In this document: one piece after another, positions 34,101-47,219 of the stretch
Layout of the letters: every line of letters starts with the position of its first letter
How positions within the stretch are numbered: position 1 is the stretch's first letter
Origin: Chiloscyllium plagiosum
Taxonomy: Eukaryota
Assembly: GCF_004010195.1 (NCBI RefSeq)
Contig: NC_057718.1
Location: forward strand, 4,907,291 to 4,958,979
Reading direction: 5' to 3'
DNA: 51,689 nucleotides
The notes under the pieces: generated by a model
The model's input: only the letters and a program-made list of their open reading frames with translations
Told to the model about the DNA's origin: nothing
Database searches by the model: none
Position numbers and translations under genes: made by a program

Positions 34101-36640
34101 CAACCTTTGGAATATTGTGAGCAGTTTTGGGATCTGTATCTAAGGAAGGATATGCGCATTGGAAGGGGTCCAGACAAGGTTTACAAGAATGATCCTGGGA
34201 ATGAAGGGCTAGTCATATGAGGCATGGGTGAGGACTCTGGGTCTGTACTTGATGGAGTTGACAAGGATGTGGGGGGATCTGACTAAAACTTACAGGATAC
34301 CGAGAGGCCTGGATAGAGTGGATGTAGAGAAGGTATTTCCATTATTAGGAGAAACTAGGACCCAAGGGCACAGTGTCTGAGTGAAGGGACCACCATTTTG
34401 ATCGAAGATGAGGAGGAATTTTTCAGCCATTGGGTGGTGAATCAATGGAACACATTGCCACAGAAGTCTCTGAAGGCCAAGTAATTCAGTGTATCTGAGA
34501 CAGAGATAGATAGGTTCTTGTTTCGTAAGGGGATCAGTGAGAAGGCAGGAGAATGGGGTTGAGAGATATATCAGCCATGGTCAAATGGTGGAGCAGCCTC
34601 AATGGGCTGAATGGCCTAATGTTGCTCTTGGTATCTTATGGTCTTATTATCATATGATCAGTACCAGAAGGAAATAAGAGGGATTATTGTGTTTATTTCT
34701 GTGTATGACTGTTGTTTAGAGACATTGAGCATGTAATTGGTCAAATATAAAACTTCATATCATAACTAAAATTTACTTTGCAAGTAGTTTTGGTGCTAAA
34801 TTCAAAATTTCCTCCAGCTTGCCTTGAATCTTGGGGTCTGTGTGGATTTTAGAAATACTTAATATAATCAAACAGGCAGCATGACTTCATAACGGGGCAA
34901 TCAGATCTGGCAAAATTACTGGAATTCTTTTAAGGAAGTAACAAGTAGGATCAATAAAGGGGGACCAGTAGATGTTATATATTTGGTTTTCCAACAGGCA
35001 TTTGGCAAGGTACCACCGTTAGGCGTCTTAATAAGATAAGAAATAATGTTGTTGAGGGCTGTTTATTAGCATGCTTACTAGTAGATTACAAAGAGTTGGG
35101 GATTAAAAATAAGGCATTTTCAGGATGGCAACCTGTAATTCGTAGATTGCTATTGGGATCAATGCTGGGGCTACAATTATTTATAATCTGTGTTAATGAC
35201 TTGGAAGATGGAAGTGAATGTACAACCATCAAATTTGTGGATGGTGCAAAAATAGGTGGGAAGTCACAGGAATATAGACAAGTGTGTGGGAAAACAAAAC
35301 TTGACAGATGTAACATAATGCATCTGTGTGGAGTTTGCACATTCTCCCTGTGTCTGCGTGGGTTTCCTCTGGATGCTCCAGTTTCTTCCCACAATCCAAA
35401 GAGGTGCAGGTTAGGTGAATTTGCCATGCTAAGTTGCCCATAGTGTCTGGGGATGTGTAGGTTAGATGCATTAGTCAGGGGAAATGTAGAGTAATAGGGC
35501 AGGAAAATGTAATTTGGGTGGGATACTCTTCGGAGGGGAATTCTATGATGAATGCGGGATATGTGACTTATATACTTTGTGATATGAAAAATAGAGGAAC
35601 TGTATCTTATTCAAAAGGAGAAAGTCTTCGGAAAGCGTGATAGCCCCTACAAGGCCCATGAGGAATCATTGATTAGTCCCCCATCGATCTATGTTGCTGG
35701 AAAAGCGCAGCAGGTCAGGCAGCATCAAAGGAGAAGGAGAATCGACATTTCGGGCATAAGCCTTTCTTTAGGAATCCCTCCTGCACTTTTCCAGCAACAC
35801 ATTTTTAAGCTCTGATCCCCAGCATCTGCGGTCCTCACTTTCTCCCCTCTCGATCTGGTTGAGTATGAGTTCCCAACCTCTATTTTGGTGTTCAACAATA
35901 AATGGTGTCCCTTTTCCAGCTGGGTTTCCTGAGTTATTACAGAAAGTTAAAGCGCAGAGGGACTTTGTAGTTCTTGTGTGCAGATCACAAAAGCTGGCAC
36001 TCAAGTTCAGCGGATAACAGGGTAGGCTCATGGTCACATAACCTTTAGTTCAAAGATACGAAGTCTTGCTAAACATATGAAAAGCACAAAAGGCACCCAG
36101 AACCTTGCAAGCAGTTTATGATCTTTACCTATCAAAAGTGGTAGTGGTTTTGGAAACAGTTGGGAGAGGGTGCAGTCGGTATGGAGGGATCTTCTTATGA
36201 GGGAGGTTGAGCAGGTTGGGCCTGTACTCATTGGAATTTTGAAGAATGAGAGATAACCTTATTGAAACATATAAAATTCTTAGAAGGACTTGAGAGGGTG
36301 GATACGGAGATATTATTTCCTTTGGTAAGTGTGTCTCAGATCAAAGGGCATAATCTCAGAATTAGAGGTTGCCCATTTAAGACAGAGACGAGGAGGAATT
36401 TCTTCTCTCTGTTTGCAATTGTGCATAATTCTTTAGCACTGAGCAGATGGGTCATCAGGTATATTCAAGGCTGAAATGGATTTTTAATCAGGAAGAGAAC
36501 CACAGATTATGGGGAAAATGCAAAAAAAAAGTGGAGTTGAGGATTATCAGCTGAGCCATGTTTCCATTGAATGGTGGAGCAGACTTAAGGGGCTGATTGG
36601 CCCCAATTCCATTCCTATTGGCTTAGCGGTTTTATGGGAG
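31200..36640. mobile_element. Cluster of nested CR1 fragments on both strands, including an APE endonuclease remnant (32280-33380, -), plus V-SINEs
   Basis: GGGVALLIRDSI...ESVWVEVRNRKG...HRPP...MGEFNFPNIDW; VTSGVPQGS; KFADNKK. Confidence 0.85.
35691..35845. mobile_element. Fold-back PLE family 1 fragment
   Basis: Inverted gctggaaaag / cttttccagc arms; tcgatct repeated at both flanks. Confidence 0.65.
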
Positions 36641-36758
36641 GTACGTGGCTGATCAGGGAATTTGAGGATAAAAGCACCCACTCAGTTCCATTTACGGCTG
36701 GGTTTGAAATGGAATGAGCCTGCGATAATCTCAGTCTCATCTCCCTTGTGGGGCGATT

Positions 36759-36983
36759 CCAATAAGAAAACTTGTGATGGTTAGAGACCAGCCAACTTTG
36801 GAATTAAAGAGCCACTTCCCTTAACTTGACCTTGTCATAGGATGTGACTGTTTCAGCTTCCCCCGAGTCTGGACTCAGTCAATTCTAGGTCCAGTGTTTA
36901 TAAAATCCCTCTAGCGGCAAAACACACAAAGTAAGAATCAGAGCAGAAAATAAAGTTGTTGAATCTGAATAAGGAGTGGGCGG
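36759..36983 (+). promoter_or_regulatory. Candidate promoter for the PHACTR2-like exon: CCAAT 36759, TATAAAA 36899-36905, GGGCGG 36978-36983
   Basis: Motifs seen in unique sequence 100-320 nt upstream of the ATG. Confidence 0.35.
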
Positions 36984-37082
36984 TGCTACTCGAAGGTAGT
37001 GCAGAGAGGGGCAGCACTCTGTTGGTTTGTGTTTGCCTGCACTCAATTGTCCAGCCTGATCCTCGCTCCTCGACAGCTGCAC

Positions 37083-37179
37083 ATGGCCAGTGAGACCCCT
37101 GTCCTGCGATGCCGAGGCCGCTCCAAAAGTGACAGTGAAGCCCCAGGTCAGGGGAGAATCTACAATCACCTGAGCTCAG
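37083..37179 (+). CDS. PHACTR2: Probable first coding exon of phosphatase and actin regulator 2 (MASETPVLRCRGRSKSDSEAPGQGRIYNHLSS-G|)
   Basis: The RGRSKSD motif resembles PHACTR-family alternative N-termini (RVRSKSD, RGRSQSD; from memory). Phase-1 donor CAG|GTAAAT. Orientation is divergent from FUCA2, as in the tetrapod FUCA2-PHACTR2 synteny. No downstream exons found in this window. Confidence 0.72.
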
Positions 37180-38394
37180 GTAAATGGCTTTGAGAGAGAA
37201 GCAATGCAATAACAACAATGGCCTGATTTTAACTGTGTGTAAGTACGTGGAGTTGGATTTAAATGTTTTAATAAATGTACAACATATTTGTAATTATTCG
37301 ATTGAGGCAAAGAATAGAATGAAAATGATTTCATCTCATGTCCAGTTATTATCACAGCAATGTTATATATTTGAGTATTCTCCCTAGACTTTCCTGATGC
37401 ATTTATACATTCACAGAGATTAACATTTTTAAAGACTACATTGTCAATTGATACTGCAAAGCTCATTCGAAATATGCACTAAAACCTGTTCTAATTATTT
37501 TTAACCAACCGCAGCAAGGTGGTTTTGCAGAACTTGCTGTATATAGTCAAAAAAACCTGGGCTCTGGTTTCCTGTCTCTCTCCTTCTGTAATGTGTTTTT
37601 TGAATCGATTTGTTTTTTTGTGAAGCTAATAGTCTCTGTTCTTTGTCAGTTCCAGGGAGTTTGTTTTTAAACTGTGAGCACTTGCTGCTACCTTGCAGTT
37701 CCATTCCCTCAGTGAGGGAGTTTGGAGCCGGTTTGTGAGATCTGAGAAAGACAGAGGAAACATGAATCTTAAGATAAGGAGACTTACTTTTTTAAACAAG
37801 TCTTTCAGTTGGTTCAGTTTCTTCTCACTTCTGTTTAAACTATTGATCTAAAAGATGCTGCCCAGACTAGATTTTGCAATCAGTAATGACTTGAAAGTGC
37901 ACATGACATTTTTAAAACAATTTTCTTAAGAAGCAAACAAAGTGCTTGAGAAACACAGCATGTCTGACAGCATCTGCGGTGAGAGAAAGGCAGAGTTAAT
38001 ATTTTGAGTCCAATTACCCTTCTTCAGACCATCTGCAATTTCTGCTTTTTGTTTGTTTCAGATCCCCACCAGCTATAGTTCTTTGTTTTATTTAAGGATT
38101 TTCCAAAGCTCTGCAAGAGGTTTAATTCGGTAATAGTGGACAAAGAGTCCAAGGAGATATAAGGAAGAGATGATTAAGAGCTTGCTCAAAGAGCAGGCCT
38201 TGAATTTGAGTATTGAAGGAAGAATGGGGGAATTTTGGGAGAGATTTCTGGATCTTAAGGACTTGGCTGCTGAAGGCTCAATCATCAGAAGGGGAGTGTT
38301 AAAATTGGGGGTGTGCATGTGTCTGGTGTGGATGAACATACTGACCTGGAATGTTTCAGGCTGACAGGAGGTGAATAGATAGAGAGAGCAAAGA

Positions 38395-38878
38395 TCTGAT
38401 TTGATTTGTTTGATTATTGTCGCATGTACCTAAGTACAGTGAAAAGTTTTGTTTTGCATGCATTACAACAGATCATAACCACGCGCACACGCACACACGC
38501 GCACACGCAATGATGATGGCTGCCTTTCCGTGGCAATGAGAAGTGCAGATGGAGTCAATGGATGGAAGGTTGGCTAGCTTGATGGACTGGGCTGTGTTCT
38601 CAAATCTGTGTAGTCTTTTACGGTCCTGGGCAGAGCAGTTGTCTTACAAAGCTGTGATGCTTCCAGACACAATGCTTTCAACGGTGCATCTGTAAACGTT
38701 GGTGAGGGTCCTTACAGACATGCTGAATTTGTTTATCCTCCTGAGGAAGAAGAGGCATTGTTTCTGACTGTTACATCACATAGGTAGCCCAGGACAGATT
38801 GTTGGTGCTTGTCACTCCTAGGGACTTAAAGCTATCAATCCTCTCTACCTCAGCTCCGTTGATGCAGTCCTTCTGCAT
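38395..38878 (-). mobile_element. Rex1/Babar-type 3' fragment
   Basis: INGAEVERIDSFKSLGV on minus; tail similar to the 12250-12335 region. Confidence 0.7.
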
Positions 38879-38879
38879 C

Positions 38880-40065
38880 GAGGAAGTGACCAAGTTGATC
38901 GATGAAGGAAGGGCTGTTGTTGCATATACATGGACTTTAATAAGGCATTTGATAAGGTTCCCCATTGTAGACTAATGGAGAAAGTGAAGTCACATGGTGT
39001 TCTAGATAGGTGGATAAAGAACTGGTTGAGCAACAGGAGACAGAGAGTAGTAGTTGAAGGGAGTTTCTCAAAATGGAGAAAGGTGACCAGTGGTGTTCCA
39101 CAGGGGTCAGTATTGGTGCATTGTTGTTTGTAATATACATAAATGATCTGGAAGAGTTGGTATGATCAGCAAGTTTGCAGATGACACGAAGATTGGTGGA
39201 GTAGCAGAAAGCATAAGAAGCTGTCAGAGAACATATAGATAGAGGATATAGATAGACTGGAGAGTTGGGCGGAAAAGTGGCAGATGGAGTTCAATCCAGA
39301 CAAATGTGAGGTGATGCATTTAGGCAAGTCTAATTATAGAGCGAATTATACAATGAATGGAAGATCCTTGGGAAACGTTGATGGGCAGAGAGATCTAGGA
39401 GTGCAGGTCCATTGTACCCTGAAGGTTGCTGCACAGGTGGATAGAGTGGTCCTATACGGCCTCAACATGATCTCCCAACTCCTGTACTCAATACTCTGAA
39501 CAATAAAGGAAAGCATACCAAACATCATCTTCACTATCCTATCTACCTGTGACTCTACTTTCAAGGAGCTATGAACCTGCACTCCAAGGTCTCTTTGTTC
39601 AGCAACAGTCCCAAAGACCTTATCAGGAAGTGTATAAGTCATGCTAAGATTTATTTTCCCAAAATGCAGCACCTCACATTTATCTAAATTAAACTCCATC
39701 TGCCACTCCTCAGCCCACTTGCTCATCTGATCAAGATCTGGTTGTAATCTGAGGTAATCTTCTTTGCTGTCCACTACATCTCCAATTTTTTGTCATCTGC
39801 AAACTTACTAATTGTACCTCTTATGTTCGCATCCAAATCATTTTTGTAAATGACAAAAGTAGAGGACCCAGCACCGAACCTTGTGGTACTCCACTGGTCA
39901 CAGGCCTCCAGTCTGAAAAACAGCCCTCCACCACCACCCTCTGTCTTCTACCTTTGAGCCAGTTCTGTATCCAAATGGCTAATTCTCCCTGTATTCCATG
40001 GGATCTAACCTTGCTAATCAGTCTCCCATGGGGAAGCTTGTTGAATGCCTTACTTAAGTCCATAT
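38880..40065. mobile_element. Two CR1 RT fragments joined in opposite orientation (+ 38880-39450, - 39451-40065)
   Basis: [12 protein letters not shown]...VTSGVPQGSVL on both strands. Confidence 0.85.
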
Positions 40066-40077
40066 GAATGGATGTAC

Positions 40078-40393
40078 ATCTGTGTGTGTCTATGTGTTTG
40101 GATATGTGTATGTACATATGTGTGCACAGGTCAGTGTGTATATGTGTTTGTGCGTGTGTATATGTTTTCTGGGAGTGTGTGTATGCGTGTGTGTATTTAT
40201 GGGTGTTTAACTGTGTGTGAGTGCATTTGTGTGAGTGTGTGTGTATCTATGGGTGTTTGAATGTGTGTGCGCATGTGTGAGAGTATGTGTGTGTATGTGT
40301 ATTTATGGATGTTTGTGTGTGTGTCTGTGTGTGTGCACGCACGTGCGTTTGTGTGTGTTTGTGCATGCCTTTGTGTGTGTGTGTGTGTTTGTG
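40078..40393. repeat. Degenerate (TG)n microsatellite / low-complexity tract
   Basis: Directly visible. Confidence 0.95.
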
Positions 40394-40919
40394 TAATCAC
40401 AGCCCAATACCCCAGAATGACCAGCTCACTGCTGATTGGACCTGGCTGCTACATGGTGGAATGTAAGGTGCAATCCCATTGTGCTGCCTCTCTGGCTACA
40501 GCAGCTCCAGCCGGGGACTTTGAAATGACTTGAGCTGGGCTTTCACAGGGTGTGGATGGGATCCTCCTGGACCTAATACAGCCCAAAGCTGAGAGAGAGC
40601 TGTCCCCCTGGCTGTCTCTGGTAGGAATGAATCACCCAATCTCTGGGAGATTAGTCCATTACCAACTCCTTCACACAACCTTTTCTCAGTATCCAGGAAA
40701 AGAGGCTAAGGGGAGGTGAGGAAGACCCACTACCCTCTCAGCTCCGGTCAAGCCAACTGTGTAAGCTCAGCTTCCATGGTCACCATTAAAAAGGTTGACT
40801 GATATAATTTGGTGAGTTTGTATTTTGAGATGTGTTCGGTTTCTGGAGTAATTAACAAAGTGATTCATATTTATAAGAAACCAAGCAAGACTGAGAAAGT
40901 TTATTGGGAGTCACCAGCC

Positions 40920-42125
40920 TTACTGAGGATGTGACAAAACACATTGAAGGTAGAGCAGTGGATGAGCTGAATATGGATTTTAGCAAGGTGTTTGATAAGG
41001 TTCCCCATGATAGGTTCATTCAGAAAGTAAGGAAGCATGGGATACAGGGAAATCTGTCTGACTGGATACAGAATTGGCTGGCCCATAGAAGACAGAGGGT
41101 GGTAGTTGATGTAACGTATTCAGCCTGGGGCTCGGTGATCAGTGGTGTTCTGCAGGGATCTGTTCTGGGACCTCTGCTCTTCGTGATTTTTATAAATGAC
41201 TCTGATGAGGAAGTGGAAGGGTGAGCTAGTAAGTTTGTAATGAGCGGAAAGTTAGTGGAGTTATGGATAGTGTGGAGGGCTGTTGTAGGTTGCAACTGGG
41301 CACTGACAGGATGCAGAGCTGGGCTGTGAAGTGGCAGATGGAGGTCAACCTGGAAAAGTGTAAAGTGATTCATTTTGGAAGGTTGAATTTGAATGCAGAT
41401 TACAAGGTTAAAGGCTGGATTCTTGGCAGTGTAGAGGAACAGAGGGATCTTGGGGTCTAAGTCCATAGATCCCTCAAAGTTACCACCCAAGTTGATAGGG
41501 TTGTTAAGGTGTATGGTGTGTTGGCTTTCGTTAGCAGGGGGATTGAGTTTAAGAGCCATGAGGTTATAGTGCAGCTTTATAAAGCCCTCATTGGACCACA
41601 ATTGGAATATTGTGTTCAGTTCTGGTTGCCTCATTGTGGGAAAGATGTGAAAGCTGTCGAGAGAGTGCAGAGGAGATTTATCAGGATGCTGCCTGGACTG
41701 GAGGACATGCCGAATGAAGAAGGGTTGAGGGAGCTAAGGCTTTTCTCATTAGAGTCAAGAAGAATGAGAGGTGACTTGATAGAGGTGTACAAGATGTTGA
41801 GAGGCATAGATAGAGTGGATAACCAGAGACCTGTCCCCAGGGCAGAAATGGCTATCAAGAAGGGCATAATTTTGAGATAATTGGAGGAAGGTTTTGGGGA
41901 GATGTCGGAGGTAGGTTCTTTATCAGAGAGTGGTGGGTGCATGGAATGCAATGCCAGCGGTGATAGTAGAGTCAGATGCATTAGGGACATTTAAGTAACA
42001 CTTGGATAGGCACATTGATGATAGTAAAATGTAGCATATGTGGGTTAGTTTGATCTTAGAGTAGGATAAAAGGTTGGCACAACATTGAGGGCCGAAGGGC
42101 CTGTACTGTTCTGTGTTCTATGTTC
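40920..42125 (+). mobile_element. CR1 LINE RT to 3' end, disrupted
   Basis: MDFSKVFDKVPH...GVLQGSVLGPLLFVIFIND; LEYCVQFWLPH; (tgttct)n tail. Confidence 0.9.
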
Positions 42126-44281
42126 AGTTAGTGTGTGGAATAATAGGATTGGCCACGATCTTATTGAGTGGGACAGCAGATTTAAGGGGATGAGTGGCCC
42201 TTCCTGCTAAAGCTATGGGTTAGTATGTGTCGATCTGCTTCAGTGTCACACTTAGGTATCCCTTTGACTTTTGCAATTGTGACACAAAATGGTCAAAGAT
42301 AGTTTAATCTTCCCTGCAAAAGATCACCGGGTCAGAGGGGTGAGCATGAGGCCTAGGGAACAATACCCTGATATTTGTTCAGCCAATCTTCACTGAGTAT
42401 CTTTGCAGTTGCCACAGTGTGAGCATGTGCCTCTTTATTGTCTAACATCACCTCATGATGTTGGTTTTGTTTCTGTATGAATATCAAAGAAGGAAATAAC
42501 CCACACAGATAATGGGGAGGCAGTGTCCTAGTGGTATCAGTGCTAGACTATTAAACCAGAGGCCCTGATAACGATCCGGGGACCCGGGTTTGAATCACAC
42601 CTTGGCAGAGGGTGGAATTTGGATTCATTGAGGAAAATAATTAATGAGGACCACTGAATCAATTGTCGGAGAAACCCATCCTTATCTGGTCTGACTGACA
42701 TGTGAATCCAGACCCACAACAATGTGGGTTGACTCTTAGCTGCCCTCTGGGCAATTAGGGAGGGGCAATAAATGCTGACCCAGCCAGCGACGCCTACATC
42801 ATGTGAACAAATAAATACACACACAACTGACACCTCTGTCAGAGACAGAGACATCTTAGTACACCTGTCTGGGTGTGTTTCCAGGATGAGATGCCCTTTA
42901 GCATGTCACGTTTGGAAGTTTCTGTGTATCTCAGTGCCACCACAGTATGCTGTGGTTACACTGAAATGAGTGTGACAGGACCAGTATAAAACCATTTCAT
43001 TTAGGAACTGGGTAATGGGAGATATGACGGCACCCAGAGCAAGAATTCAGAATTATAGACAATTGGATGCACAGAAAGTGGCCACTTGGATCAAGTGTGT
43101 GCCAGCCAACAAATGTCCCTCCTCAGCTACATCTCACCTCCTACCTTGTGTCCTGCAAGTTACAGAACTTACAGAATTCAAAAGGAAAGAAAGTGACATT
43201 TAAATTATAATGCAATCTATCTGAACACAAGAGGTGGGTTAGGTACCTGACACTGTTGTTGCTGGGAATAATTTGGTAATAAAGGCCGTTGTGCCCACAC
43301 ACAGTGAGAGACATGAACCTTAGTTCCTAGTGAGTCACAACAACAGATAGCATTGACACAGTGCGTTTAACTTTGTAAAACATTCTTTTTGGAATCATAG
43401 AAGTTTACAATGCAGGAGGAGGCCATTTGACCCATTGTGTCTGTACCAGCTCCCAAAAGAGCTACCCAACCAGTCTCACTCTCCAGCCCTATATCCACAG
43501 TCCTCAAAATTTATCCCTTTCAAATATATATATCCATCTCTCTTTTGAAACATCCTATGGAATCCACCTCCCCCACTCTCCCAGGCAGCACATTCAAGAT
43601 CCTAACAACTGAGTAAAGGAATTTCTTTTCTTCTCACTCCTAGCCCTGTTGCTGTCAATCTTGAAATTGTGACCCCTAGTTACTGACATACCTATTCATG
43701 GAAACAGAATATCCTTCTTTACCCTTGTTCATCCTTGTTTATAATTTTGGACACCTCAATAATGTTCTCTGCTCCAATGAGAATAAACCTTAATCTTTCC
43801 TTGTATCGAAATTCCTTCATTCTTGGTATCCTGGAGAAGGAAGGAGAGGTGGAAACATTTAGTGACTGAATTCCAGAGTTAGGTGTAGAACCAGTCTGGC
43901 CAACAGTAATTTGAGGAGCAGGAATTCAGGAGGAACAGGAATCCAGAGTGAAAGGAAAGCAGATCTCAAAGAGTTGTGGGAACAAAGCTGGAGAGACAGA
44001 AAGAGTTGAAGACTTTGAAGGATTTAAGCTCAGAGGTGAGAATTTTAAACTGAGCTACAGCAATTCCATTTGATGAGTGTGCAGAGAAACAGTGGGTTCA
44101 ACATTATCAATACTGGTAATAACATTTCTGCTGCTTATAAATAACTTGTAAACTATATTTGAAGATCACTTCCTGAGTTGGCCAATTCAGAAACTGGTGA
44201 CTTAAGCTGAATATCTTGTTGCAAATTGAAATTTCAGTTTCATTTTATGAACAGTTGGAATTTCTGCTGATATCGGTACAA

Positions 44282-44460
44282 AGTCAGAAGTTACGTGACG
44301 GCTGGTTATAGTGCAACAGGTTTATTTGAAATTACAAGCTTTCGATGAAGGGGCAGGACTCCGAAAGCTTGCAATTTCAAATAGACCTGTTAGACGATAA
44401 CCTGACGTCATGTGACTTCTGCCTTTGTCCACCCCAGTCCAACACCAGCAACTCCACATC
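44282..44460. mobile_element. Fold-back PLE family 2 insertion
   Basis: Inverted arms ggttatagtgcaacaggtttatttgaaat / atttcaaatagacctgttagacgataacc. Confidence 0.7.
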
Positions 44461-44789
44461 CTGATATTGGTACATGTATAGCATTGGACCTGTTGATATG
44501 CATATATCATTGGAATTTCTGTGATTATTTGTGTATATAATGGAACCACACAAATATATCACTGGAGTCACGATTTCAAACAGCTGGAGTCTCCCCTCAT
44601 ATGTGTTTCTGTTTGTTGTCTTTCACAATCACTGCATCGCTTTAATCTTGATTGTTGCTCCAATTTCTGAGCAATGTGTTCTCTGGGTCAAAATCTGCTT
44701 CAGAATCAGCTGATGGATCCCTTCGCCGCGTCTCTGGATTTGTAAAATTTGTTTGCGATATGAGTGTCAGATTATGCCTTTTTGGAATT

Positions 44790-45430
44790 TCTATGCCATT
44801 CATGCCTTTGCTATCTCTCGAACACGCTCCAGACCAGTCTCCCACATTCCATTCTGGAGGAACCTTCAGATCATCCCAAAACCTGGCTTCCCATGTCCTC
44901 ACTCATGCCAGGATCTGTTCACCAATCACCTGCAGGCTCACTCGCCCACAATGGCTGCTGGAATAAGCAATGCTGCAGTTTGCCAATTTTTAACCCCTGC
45001 ATGACCTCGTCCCTCTCTCTCATCCTACTTTCCCTCCTGCTCCTTAGCCTTCTGAGATCTTTACACTTTTTATTCCTGATGAAGGGCTTTTGCCCGAAAC
45101 GTCGATTTTGCCTGTCCTCGGATGCTGCCTGAATTGCTGTGCTCTTCCAGCACCACTAATCCAGACTCCCGTAATTCTGTCAGCTTGAGCTTTCCTGATT
45201 GTACCCACTCCACCGCTGGTGGCCATGCCTTCAGCTGCCTCAGCACTAAGCTGAGGAAATCCATCCCCATTTATTTTCAGCTCCCTCTTCTCCTTAAAAC
45301 ACTGAAGCCCTTTGGACAGGTATTGGGTCCTATCCAGGGATTGCTGTTTGGTATAATTATTTATTTCACAACGCCCTGAAGGACTTTGACACATTTCAGT
45401 TTGTTAAAGGCTCTCTGTAAATACATGTTG
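44790..45430 (+). mobile_element. L2 LINE 3' remnant, interrupted by a PLE end at 45070-45165
   Basis: cattcatgcctttgctatctctcga...ccatgtcctcactcatgcc...tcaccaatcacc L2-like pattern; similar pieces at ~7690-7950 and 9160-9790. Confidence 0.55.
45076..45103 (+). ncRNA. Minimal hammerhead ribozyme core (PLE family 1), intact
   Basis: CTGATGAAGGGCTTTTGCCCGAAACGTC. Confidence 0.75.
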
Positions 45431-46210
45431 TTGTTCTAATCATTGCAGCTGATCAGTATTAAATGTTATGCTGGGGCAGAATGCAAGCAATAGTTTACAT
45501 TATGAGCAACAAAACTACGAGGGGCCTGTCTTTTAACAAGGTGCAGTGACGTTGTAGTTACGTTATTGGATATAAGAAATAGGAGCAGGAGTAGGCCATC
45601 TGGTCCCTCGAGCCTGATCCACCATTCAATGATCTTTTCATGGACTCAGCTCCACTTACCCGGGCTCTCACCATAACCCTTGATTCCTTTACTGGTCAAA
45701 AATCTGTCTATCTTTGCTTTAAAAATATTCAATGAGGTAGCCTCAACCGCTTCACTGGGCGGGGAATTCCTCGCCCTCTGGGTGAAGTAATTCCTCCTCA
45801 ACTCTGTCCTAAATCTGCTGCCCCTTGAGGTTATGCCTCCTAGTTCTAGTTTCACCCAGAAACAACCTCCCTGCTTCTATCTTATGTATTCCCTTCATAA
45901 CATTTTTTATGTTTCTATAAAATCCTGCCTCATTCTTCTAGATTCCAATGAATACGATTCTGTGACTTGAGCAAATGATCCAGAGATGTGGGTTCAAATC
46001 CCAGCAGGGTTAACTGGGCGACTTTATTTATTAATTGAATTCAAAGCTGGCATTGAAAGCTAATATCAACAATGATGGCAATGAAACAATCATTGATAGA
46101 CATCAAAACCCATCCTTATTTGTTAATGTCCTATAAATAATAAAATCTACCATCACACCATGTACAAAACAACAACCATGTGCTTGACTCTTACCTTCTG
46201 TAATGATGTA

Positions 46211-46416
46211 AAAACAATGACTGCAGATGCTGGAAACCAGATTCTGGATTAGTGGTGCTCTTCCAGCACCACTAATCCAGAAACTGCTGTGCTCTTCCAG
46301 CACCACTAATCTAGAAAACTTCTGTGCTCTTCCAGCACCACTAATCCAGAAACTGCTGTGCTCTTCCAGCACCACTAATCCAGAAAACTGCTGTGCTCTT
46401 CCAGCACCACTAATCT
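46211..46416. mobile_element. PLE end with inversion and ~5 tandem 34-35-nt copies; 16-bp TSD
   Basis: TSD cttctgtaatgatgta at 46195-46210 and 46417-46432. Confidence 0.85.
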
Positions 46417-46757
46417 CTTCTGTAATGATGTAGCAAGTAACTCAATTGCAAAGAAGCCAACTCCCTTTCTCCAGAGTATTTAAGAACAGGCCAGCCAGCA
46501 GCACCGAGATCATGTCAATAATTTCAGAAAAAACTTTTCTCTGGTGTCATCAACAGGAAGCCAACTCTCCAGATATCCTTTTCTAAAATTAAAGGGGAAA
46601 CTCTGACTCAGAAATAATTCACATTGCATATTCAAGAAAAGAAATCTGACAAACTAAATTGACAAACTATTCCAGATATCTGCAGATCTTTCCATCACTA
46701 CTGCGGTTGCTGGTCACAGCAAGTCCTCTAATATCAGAAGGCAATAAGACACAGGAG

Positions 46758-46967
46758 AGAAAGTGAGGGTTGCAGATGCTGGAGAGCCAGAGTTGGAAGT
46801 GTGGCGCTGGAAAAGCACAGCAGCATCCGAAGAGCAGAAGAGTCGACGTTTCGGACTGAAACCCTTCATCAGGAATGGGATGAAGGGCTTGTGCCCGAAA
46901 TATCGATTCTCGTGCTCCTTGGATGCTGCCAGACCTGCTGTGCTCTTCCAGCGCCATACTTTTCGAC
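46758..46967. mobile_element. Fold-back PLE family 1 insertion with 14-bp TSD
   Basis: TSD ataagacacaggag at 46744-46757 and 46968-46981; hammerhead core at 46845-46872 (-). Confidence 0.85.
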
Positions 46968-47219
46968 ATAAGACACAGGAGCAGAAGTAGCCTATTCGGC
47001 CCGTTGAGTTTGTTCTGCCATGCAGTCATGGTCAATCTGATAATCCTCAACTTCAGTTTCCTGCTTTTTCTTGATACCATTACTGATTAAAATCTGTGTG
47101 TCACAGGTTTCAACAACCCAGCCTCAACAACCCTCTGTGATAAAGAATTGCACAGACCTACTACACTCTTAGTGAAGAAATTCCTCCTCATCTCGGTGTT
47201 AAATGGATGACCCCTTACT

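Noticed and set aside
40045..40533. Cys/Val- and His/Thr-rich ORFs
   Set aside because: Translations of the (TG)n tract.
44642..44902. 86-aa minus-strand ORF that looks protein-like
   Set aside because: Its 5' part is antisense L2 sequence; no recognisable homology or splice structure.
46255..46416. CRISPR-like direct repeats (34-35 nt)
   Set aside because: No unique spacers, the unit is a PLE terminal fragment, eukaryotic context, no cas genes.
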